This document shows positions 54,031-64,000 of a DNA stretch of 64,000 bases, piece by piece (position 1 is the stretch's first letter; each line of letters opens with the position of its first letter). Source of the DNA: Rhynchobatus australiae (taxonomy: Eukaryota); NCBI GenBank assembly GCA_034780895.1, contig JAUZTB010000063.1, forward strand, positions 15,221,956 to 15,285,955. The letters run 5' to 3'. The notes beneath the pieces were generated by a model, which had not been told where the DNA came from, ran no database searches, and was given only the letters and a program-made list of their open reading frames with translations. Position numbers and translations under genes: made by a program.

Positions 54031-55044
54031 TCCCAATTTTGTTCAGTTCCAAATGGATACCAGTACAATTTAGATCAATATGTATGTTGGGATGAATCAA
54101 GAAAATTACAAGCATTAATCCCAGAATTATTTTTTTAAGTGTTCAAAGAAACCAGAGCTTCCCAAAGCTTAATACAAAATTAAAGTGCAGAATTTGAACC
54201 AATGATTCTGTTTCTCAAAGAAAAAATATTATTGTTCAGAATATTATTGTGAATGTAACATTCACAAAGGAATGAGATGACTTTTCTGTTTAGTTATGAA
54301 TGAGCATCTGTTCAAATCAATGTCGGGACGTTGTGATTCTATTACCATTGGATCAATGTCTATGGTAAGCATGGCCAAGGTTCACTGATAATTACAGTAT
54401 TCGTCTTGGAGCTTTTCTTCCAATATCCAAGTTTTCTTCTGAAAGTTTTTAGCCGTGGTTATTCACCAGCCTCAGATGATTACTTAGAAAAGTTTACTGT
54501 CTATTAAAGTGAGTGTTCTTTCCTTTTTCCATGTTTTATTACTAACAAGGTTGACATTTTGTTGACATTGCCTATTATTTTTACCTGCTGCTTCGTTATG
54601 TAAGAGATCTGAATGGTCATTATCAACTTAGAGCTTGGTCAACGCATTTGGGAAATTGACAGCTCTGGGGAACTGGCACAGAAGAGGAGTTGAGGCCTGA
54701 GGGAGATCAGCCATGATTATATTGAATGGTGGGGCAAGCTCAAGGGCCAGGTGGTCTACCCCTACTCCTATTTTCTTGTGTGTTCTGCACACAAGGAAGC
54801 CATTCTGCCAAATGTACCTGTGCATACTTTTTGAAAGAACAATTAATTTAATCACACTCTCTTCCTTTCCTGTTAACTCAATAATTTATTCTCCTTTCAA
54901 GTATTTATCCAAGTTTGTCTTAACATTGCCCATTAAGATTGGTTTCATAAAAGTCACTGGCTTTCACCACTCTTTCAGGCAGTGCATTCCATGTGAGAAC
55001 AGTTCACTATCTAATTTTCTTTTAAATTGTCCTGTTAGTGTTTC

Positions 55045-56795
55045 TAAGAGCTGAAGGTTGAGAGACAGCCCTTAAAATCAAGGCACATTTGACTGAGCCT
55101 GGCATCAAGGAGCCCTGGTGAAACTGAACTCAATTGCCATGAAAGGGAAAACAATCTAGTGGTTGGAGTCACACCTCACACAAAAGAAATGGTTATGGTG
55201 TTGGATGTCAATCATCCCAGCCCACTGGACAAGTTCCTTAGTGTCCTAAGTCCAGCCATCTTCGGCTACTTCATCAAGAGCCTTCCTTTCGTCATAAGGT
55301 CAGAGGTGGGGATGATTTCCATTGATTATGCAATATTCAATTTCCAGTCCTCAGCAAATGAAGCAGCCCTTGCCTGCACACAACAAGGGTTGGACAACAT
55401 TTATATCTGAGCCAATATGTAGCAAGTAATATTTGCGCCACAGATCTGCCAAGCAATAACTATCTCCAACATCAGAAAACTAGCCACCTGTCAATGACAT
55501 TCAATGGCATTACCATCACCACATTTCCCACCACCAATGTCCTGTTGAACCACTGTTGATCAGAAAGTCAACTAGACCAGAAGATTAGTTACTGGGTATT
55601 CTTCGGAAATGCCTCATATTGTGATTCCCTAGAGTTTGTAAGACATAAATCAGAAGGGTGATGGAACACTCTCCACTTGCCTGGGTGAATGCAGCTGCAA
55701 CAACACTCAAGAAGCTTGACACCATACAGGACATAGCAGCCGGCTTGATAGACTCCCCATCCACAGCCATTCACTCACTCCACCACAGATGCACAGCACC
55801 AGCACCCACCTGGAAGTTGCCCTCCAAACCACACATTATCCTGACTTGGAAATATATCACCATTCCTTTACTGACACTGGGTCAAAATGGAGTAGGACAT
55901 TTTCAGGGAATGTCCCGCTAATTACTGGAATCAGACTTTTACAGTGTTTGCCATTATAAGTGCATCAAAAACATATGATTTGCAGTAGAGTTCCAAACAG
56001 CTTTCAACACCATACCCCCTGCTGACCCCAGGACTGCCAAAACTTTCTGACCTTAAGGGATGTATGATATATCTTTTTGGAGGAACTGTACATTCATTTG
56101 AATGAGGCAAAGAAAGGCTTCTGAGTAGCTTGGCTCAGAAACTGTGAAAATATAGCAACGATGTGTGAATGAGTGAACCAGAAAGAATCTGACATAGATT
56201 CTTGTGAGTCTTCCATTCTATGGCCACTGGACAGGTAGAAACATAGAAATATAGAAAAAAAACTACAGCACAGTTCAGGCCTTTTGGCCTGCAAAGCTGT
56301 GCCGGACATGTCCCTACCCTAGAAATTACTAGGCCTACCCATAGCCCTCTATAGAAACATAGAAAAAACTACAGTAAGTCACCATCTTTTATTATTCNNN
56401 NNNNNNNNNNNNNNNNNNNNNNNNNNNNNNNNNNNNNNNNNNNNNNNNNNNNNNNNNNNNNNNNNNNNNNNNNNNNNNNNNNNNNNNNNNNNNNNNNTAC
56501 TCACCCAAGGATCTCCAATAGTACTTCCCAACCTACAACCTCTACCACCAAAAAAGATAAGGGCAAGAGGTACATGGGAGTGCCACCACCTGCAGGTTCC
56601 CCTCCAAGTTGCACCTGATTTAGAAAGATATCACTGTACCCAACAATACTGTAGGACTACCTTCACCAGAAGATTGCAGCAATTCAAAGAGATGCTTCAC
56701 CACCACCATCTTCTCAAGGGCAGTTAGAGCTGGTCAATAAATTCTGGACATGCTAGCAATGGCCAGATCCTGGAAAATGAATAAATTAAATAAAA
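55045..56795 (+). mobile_element. Decayed CR1-clade LINE (same family as 28050), interrupted by other sequence and a reverse CR1 tail at ~56235-56375
   Basis: tggcatcaaggagccctggtgaaactg...ccatcttcggctacttcatcaagagccttc..., ORF MMEHSPLAWVNAAATTLKKLDTIQD, and tail ttctcaagggcagttagagctggtcaataaattctgg. Confidence 0.8.
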
Positions 56796-59700
56796 ACTTG
56801 CTGTTTCAGTCCCCTATCCATTTCTATCTATACCCTACTGCAGTTTACATTCCAAATAAATAATTGATTACTTAATAATTTACTGGGTATTTTTTTCTGC
56901 TCTCTACAATCTTAATGCTTTGCCTTATACATAGGCTTTTTAATGTAGAAGAAAGACCAAAAATCATGTAACACTTTTCAGGACCTGAACTCTAAGCATT
57001 TTGGCTAAGCCAGGGGCCATGTATCTTTGGGGAAACCTTTGCTATAGTGCACTAAGAATAATGTCAATTATTATTGCCGATTCAGTGTTTATTCTCTCCC
57101 TGAGGAAACTACATTCCAAGGTTACAAATTACTTACTGTAATAGCAGTGTTGATGTTTTAAATTTGTATTGGATTCCAAGGAGTTTGGCACATTTCTAAA
57201 TCAGAGTTCGAAGTTAATGCAAGTTTGACTGGCTTCCTTGAGTTAGTTAATAACCATGTTACAGGTTATTGAGATGTTTCCACAGTTGCTCATTTACCAT
57301 CAGTGTTTCTGAACTTTGATACAATTACTTTTAAAGGTAATTACATGGAAGGTCAGGGTCTGGCTTTGCTATTTCCTTGTGGATATACTCAAGGGCTTTT
57401 TCCCCACCAGTTTCAACTAACAGAAGGAACCAGAATAACAAAAAACAACAGGCAACTGAAAATAAACATTTCTGATACATTTGTCCTTTTGGCCAAATTA
57501 TTGCACTGGAAATATTTAATGGTAGTTGTCCTACAAGCTTTAAAACTAACTGAGTCAAAAGCCTTGATTGTTTCTAGTTCTTTTGCACAGTGACGCTAAG
57601 TGTACAGTTAGCTAGCATATTAGCACACATGAAAAAGATTGACAACAAACAAAGCTAAACCCATTATATTGTTGATGTTTGTAAGTGTTTGGCTTTGCTT
57701 CAGATTCAGCCTCCCTTTTTTAGTAGCATACCACCCTGCTGAAAACCCTACCATTTTTGAAATTACCTCTTGTAAAGATTGAAAAATTGATGTTTGTTTT
57801 GGATCAATCGTTAACTGATAGCAAGTGTTAGAATCATCATTTCAGTTATAACCAGACTCCAGATACAACACTACCATCTGACAGATACTGCTACTGAATT
57901 ACCCAGAGTGCCCTGATGTAATTCTGCAGCATCTCACATGAAGGAATGACATGAACAGGTTGCTGAATGTGTCTAGTTTCTACCATTCTCTAAGGATTTG
58001 TCCAGATCAAAACTAATTCTCTCCTTCTCTGGTAATCCTGCCATAGATTCGGCTCTTATTTTATCAATTGAATCGTCAGTCTGTTGACAAATAATACAAG
58101 TTTTGATTTCCAGTTTCTTCTGAATTACCAGGATATAGTTCAGATGCTGCCATCAGCCCCTGCTGCAGATCAATTGTGGCTGCTACACAGTGACATCCCA
58201 ACTGCTAGAGAATGTGTAGATAGTGACTGGGTGCAGAGTGAAATGTAGAAGTGATACTCCCCATGGTCAATGGTCAGAGGCACACTAACGTAAAATGCTC
58301 AAAATTTTCCTCAGTTTGGTAAAACCACAAAGAAACATTTAGCATTTTTGGATTCAGTGTAATAATTGAATACAACCAATCCAGTATCAGCATATTTTTA
58401 CAAAATTTCATAAAGTGAAAATTAATACAAAGTTAATTTGGTTTACAGTTAGCTCCTCACTTTTGAGTCTGAATTTTGTAGTTTTAAGCCTCACACATGG
58501 GTCTTGAACACCTGAAATTAAGGCAGGGTTGCACTTGTCTGTTCAGTTGATGAATGATCCTATGATACAGCTCAAAAAAAAGTTGGAAAAGTTGGCTGGC
58601 CTCTTCACTAACATTTGCAGAGAGCATGCACAAAGAGCAGAAGAAATGCATAATATCATAATAACCCACCCTGTCAGGCACCACTGCCCCACCTCTAGCA
58701 GAATTTGTTGGTCCCTTAGAAGACTCCTCAGAAGCAGAGAACTGGATGAAACTAAGTTACTTTCCACACACAGGCAATGACGTTCAACCCCCAAAGTCTC
58801 TGAACATTTTCTGCCTTTCTGCTAAGACTTCTACAGAAAGTTGCTTTGGCATGAATATTGTTAATGAATATTGTTAGCATGAGGAAAGAGGAGAAACTTT
58901 GCTCATTTAAGCATTCAGATTTATGTTTCTTGTCTTGTGTATCACTACAAAGATATGAAGCATTGATTGCAATGCTTGCCTTGACTATTTGATCAAAAAA
59001 TACATTTGTTCAGAAAACATTTCTCAGCATTTTCTTCAAACTGCAAGGTCATAATTAAGAAAATGAGTAATTGTCCTCAAAAATATAATATTCAGCGGGT
59101 ACAACCCTCGAGGTGCACAAACCTCCTCAGTGAGGAATATTTGATGACTAACCACTTGTATAAAACTGGATAGCCTTGCCATCAGGGAGAAATATGGGGG
59201 TGGAGAGTTTCCCCTCNNNNNNNNNNNNNNNNNNNNNNNNNNNNNNNNNNNNNNNNNNNNNNNNNGTGGGCTGTGGGGCAGTTTTCTTCCCAGGGACTAG
59301 TTGTCTCCCTGGTGGTGTATGGGAGAGTTTGACTCACTGGGTGTTGTGAGGAGCTATTTGCTCCTCTAGGCGGTGTGTGGGGCAGTTTTCCCTTTTTGGC
59401 ATGGAATATGGGACAAGGACATGCTCAGAACAAGGTGGAGGATGTCCCCTGCTAGAAGCACAAGTGACATTTCTTCTCAGAGACAGCATTGAGCTCTGCT
59501 CTGGACTTCGGAGAAATTTTCATCCAACATGCTGGAAAACTGAAAACTCATCTTTTTAAGTCATAGTTTTTGCTTGTAGGCATCAGGTACGAGGTTTTTT
59601 GTTTATTGTTTTATTTGTATGAAAGAAACCTTGAAGCAAGAAATGGCAAAGCCAGGCTATTATTCAGAATAGCACAATTCATTGTTCTGCAGATGCTGCA

Positions 59701-61635
59701 GTGAAGCCTATGTTGACTGCATTGAAATAAGGATCCAAGATTCTGCCTGTGACTAACAAATGTGTAAATAACTAAATTATCTCAACATATAAATATTGCT
59801 CTCACAAAAGGTATTTAGTTCTGTGCAGCTGAGCTATACAGACTTGTAAGCTCTCAGTTGCAACCCAAATCTGTCTGAGTTAACTGAGGCAATCTCATCT
59901 GTGTGACTATTAGAAGTGGAGGAAACAAGCTGAACTGCCTTGCCTGAATCCACAATCACCATTATTCATGGATATCAGTTGAGAACAAATAGATTGTCGG
60001 CATTCATCGCTGAGCCTATCTTATGAGCATTGAGCTTTAGGTTAAGGCATTGGAACCTTGCCAGTATTTCATGATGGTGGTACTGCACTGCATATCTCAC
60101 TGATCCTCCTCTTGGCACAACACCTCTACCAATAAGGAAGGGCAGGATATGAATTAAATCAGATAAAATAGCACAACAAAAAAACCCACCAAAACTCCTT
60201 CATGCATTCCTTCCATAGGCCAGAACTTACAACATAAAGAATCACTCACAATTCCTGCTGACAGACTTACCAACTAGATACCAACTATGTTAACTTGCTG
60301 TGTTGTTTCAAAATGATTGCAGCAGAGCCATGCACAACATACCTTCAAGGTCAGGGCTGGATGCAAAACAAGACTTGCCTATGAAATGAAAAAAATGACA
60401 GCTGGCTTAGCAGACTTTGCTGGAAGGACTGTGCTTTGTAGGATTTTTGAGTATCAGAAACATCCAGGAACTACTAATGTGAATTGAACCGTTAATTTTG
60501 AAAAATCATTAAAAACACCTATTAAACAATCAAACTTGATTAAGTGAAAAAATATAAATAATTTTCTCCCTAAGCAGTTCCTCTCCACTCAAATGAATGG
60601 GCATACTGTTCCTGCATCCGGTTACCCTAGATGCAGGTTCTGTGGACAGATTTCCCAGCTTAACTGCTGGGGAGTTGGGCAGAGTCATGCAACTCCATGA
60701 GATGGCACATGGAGTCCAACACTGGAAATAACTAGAAGAGCACATTCAGGACTTCTGGGCTGTACAGGTGGTACATGCTGGCAAGTTTGGCTTCTTGTCT
60801 TTATACCTGTGGTAAGTTACCCTGCAACCAGAGCAAATATCTCTCCTGTCATTAGCTTAAATTATAAACTGCCTTTTTTTAATCAATCCTTTCAACTTAT
60901 TATTGAGGTGGCAAAGATTCAATTTCTTGTGGAATTTGCAAGCTATGAACAGATTTGCTGTGTTCACTTCTCCCAGTATTTGCTGGCACGCTTTGGTGTA
61001 CTGGTTGACCACTACCCCATCTTTTATCAAGTTCTTCACATCTGATTCCCACCCATCTCCAGCCTGTGCTTTACTGGCTTTAGTTCCAATGTTTGCAATG
61101 CTCTGTTTGTCTCCTTCACACTCTGACTTGCTGTGAAGCCCAGATTCTGATTGTAACGTACCCTACAGATCTATTAAGTTCCCAAGTCCATTAGCTACTA
61201 GGCTGATAGTACCTTAATTTTTTGCACCCTGTCCCCTCTAATCAACAACTGCTAATCCAACCAACATGTCTGTCATTTGAAGTCCTCTTCTTTGTTTGTC
61301 TGTGATGCAGGGCGATAGACGCGACATGTGGATCTCTGAGACATCTCACTGCACAAGAATGTTATGAAAATATTATTTGAGACTAGGAAAAATGTAAATT
61401 GGAAAGAGATTCTGGGAAGCCAAGTTAATGGAAAATCAGAGCAACATTGTAAAAGCAGCTTCATCAATGCCAGATAGCACCATTTAAGCAGTGGCTACTG
61501 TTGTCTACTTGTGTTATATGCATGTCAGCAGGGACTGAATACAAAGGCCAGGTCACAGCAGCTGGCCTTACTATAAACTGTTCTCAGACCAACTAATTAC
61601 CTCTCACTGATCTAGCTGTTATGTTTTCAAAACAG

Positions 61636-61705
61636 GTACAGAGCCCGGGTGGAAAAGGTTGAGTCACCTGCCAAAGTTCACATCTTCTACATTGACTATG
61701 GCAAT
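61636..61705 (+). CDS. SND1: SND1 internal coding exon, 70 nt (Tudor domain core; human exon ~20)
   Basis: Acceptor ttttcaaaacag|G and donor AAT|gtgagt. Translates (W)[23 protein letters not shown], the classic Tudor WYRA...YIDYGN motif. Phase 2 start matches the previous exon. Confidence 0.97.
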
Positions 61706-64000
61706 GTGAGTACCTAAAGTCTTTGTTCAGCACTTTCCCAGTAACCGTTCTATTTGAAGCCCCACGTTTCATTCTCCCCCACAAGCAGAAACAATTCCTC
61801 AACATCTGAGCTAACAAACTTGTTATACCCATAAAAAATCTCAATCAGTGTTAAGTGTGAAATGGTCACTGCAAGAAAAAAAAATTCAAGAATATGTCAC
61901 AAAAGAGAAAAGGAAAATAGAAAAAGAAATTCCCTTGATCTTGCTGCTGTTACCAGCTTTGTTTTTTCTTTTATAATGAAATGATAATTGTAACATGCAT
62001 CTGATATTTGATGCCCATGTGATGTCTTCTATTATACTTCCATAAATTTTCTGCCATTTAAATTTTAATTCAATTTTTTATATTTTTCATTTGTGATTCT
62101 CTAACTAATAGGCACAGTTATTTTTAGAAAGATTTTCTTGTCTATCAAATATAGCCTTAATACAGTCATACATAATGCTGTTAATCATTCCCTTCAAAAA
62201 AGGAGAGAACACATTGCATTTCAGCAGCTTTCATGGAAAATTGATTGAATATTCATATTTAGTCAGTGCATTTCACCGAGTTCAAAATATATGCAGTCTC
62301 TGCAGTTAGAAGCAGCCATCTCTGGGAATAGCAAACATGTTAGCTCATTCCTTTTCTAAATTGCTTAAGTAATTACTGGAACAAGCGTATTGTCTGCTAG
62401 AAACCTGACATTTACAGCACTCCCAGGAATTTTAGGCAGCACTGAGATTCTGGGGGAGGGGTTTCATCTTGCACTGCAAGCAGAATGTGGAATGTCTTTC
62501 CATGACGGTTCATTTGCTCCTAATAATTTGAGAAGGAGCATGCCCATTTCTCCCTTGCTCTTTCTGTTGTTTTATTAAGGGAGATAGGTCCCCCACCATC
62601 TTTTGGACCAAACAATTTATATTTGAGAAAGTTGAGTTGAAATTTCTAAACACAGTGAAGTATCAAGAGCCTCATTTTAACAGAAATCCATTTTTTTTCT
62701 TGACTTCTGTCACAAATGACATGTAGACATGAGTTCCCAAGATTTTTGGTTATCTTTGATATAAGCAGCATAATGAGAAACATGATCCAAGCCCCTGTCT
62801 TTCAACCATAAAAGGAGAGAACAATAAAATGCTGTTATTTAATATTATACAGGGCTTACACATTAAGAATTCAGATTATGTATGCTCTATAGGTGAAATG
62901 GAATTGAAAAGTAGGTTCTCATGGAAACAGAGCAGATGGAGAAGAGGTGACAGACAGCATTTGAACAAATAATGGCATCAACAATGCACTGGCCTAACTA
63001 GTGCCTAGTGCCATTGTTGATGCCATAGGGAAACCCTATGTGCAAAATAGCTGCCACAGTTTCCACATTAGAACACTGACTACACTTCAGGAAACTTTGT
63101 TATGTTCTGTGCTCATGAACGGCATTATGTAAATACAAGTTACTTTCTTCTGTCACCATCCATTCAACCTGACTTGCTTGCTGGCACACCATTTTTACTG
63201 CAGCTGGCTCCAGATTCAGGTGCTGGCGATACCCTGGCACTTGATCCAGTTGCCATCTGTTTTGCAAGGCAAAGACTGAATGCCTTCAAGGACTGTTGGC
63301 GCTAATCCCCTGCTCCATACAGTTAGTCCTATGACCAAAAAAATGGTTTTCTTAAGGCAAGCAATTAGTGATGTCTTCAGGTTGCTCTGTAGCAGCTGTT
63401 GAGTTTTGCATCAGTGCCTGATGCACAGATTGCCACTGCTCTGTCAAATCTCCTCTACAGCTCTGAAGTGGTTCCACATTGCAGCAAAAGAAANNNNNNN
63501 NNNNNCATGGGTCTCTGCACACAGCTCTCCGAATCTACATCAAATGGAAGGGCAGCTGTCGGTCATATGGGTTCACAAGTAGAATGTGGCCAGATGGAGT
63601 TCTTTCTAAGCTTACTCAATTCTATTTTATTCGTTAATTTGAGGGTGGGCACCATACTGTTGAAGTACCAGCCCATGTTTCTTTTGTGATAAACTGAATG
63701 CATCTTTAGATTTATTTTGCTTCTGGCATTTAAATGAGATTTGGGAATCAATTGCATTCTCCCTCAGCCATGAATTGTCGTTAACCCCCTCCCCTTCCTG
63801 GTTTCTACTTGTATCACTATCCTTCATCAATTTGTATCTCACCTGCTGAGAAGCTGAGAGAATCAGAGCCAGCAATGGGGAAGGAATTAGATTATAATTA
63901 GCAGTAATGCTGAATAACGTTTCCTTCACACTGACAGTCCAGGAGTGACTTTCTTTTAAACTGTATCTTTCTTTCTAAGTACTGTTTTGCATAAATGCAT

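Larger units (their letters stand above)
44035..61635 (+). other. SND1: SND1 intron (17,601 nt including N gaps), GT-AG
   Basis: Lies between phase-compatible exons; the split TG|G codon gives Trp. Confidence 0.9.

Noticed and set aside
58529-58780. 83-aa ORF with a helical-looking stretch
   Set aside because: No recognisable homology or exon structure, and the flanking SND1 exons already join without it.
59190-59400. G-rich degenerate repeats (gtggggcagttt)
   Set aside because: Too degenerate and gap-interrupted to define a unit or function.
60606-60636. Small hairpin cctgcatc/gatgcagg
   Set aside because: An 8-bp stem is expected by chance in 64 kb.

Overview
Eukaryotic, AT-rich, gap-containing vertebrate genomic DNA. 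The repeat content (CR1 and L2 LINEs, Deu-domain SINEs, Penelope-type pLTR fragments) points to a cartilaginous fish (shark or ray); this is an inference. The only supportable host coding sequence is three internal + strand exons of SND1 (Tudor-SN/p100): 15428-15572, 43911-44034 and 61636-61705. They splice in frame with canonical AG/GT ends and encode the start of the TSN region, including the Tudor aromatic cage. The rest is SND1 intron filled with decayed retroelements (CR1, L2, RTE, Rex1/Babar, possibly Tx1, several SINE families). Almost all short ORFs in the supplied track are spurious or TE remnants. The most notable non-coding observations are: (i) recurrent fold-back Penelope-like pLTR elements carrying minimal hammerhead-ribozyme cores, with an intact core at about 23796; (ii) a duplicated two-hairpin element of about 125 bp with H/ACA-like layout; (iii) a pre-miRNA-sized hairpin at 62972; (iv) a 34-bp minisatellite growing from a SINE 3' end. 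Repeat family names come from recalled consensus motifs, not database searches, and TE boundaries are approximate. I cannot claim a demonstrably new biological system.
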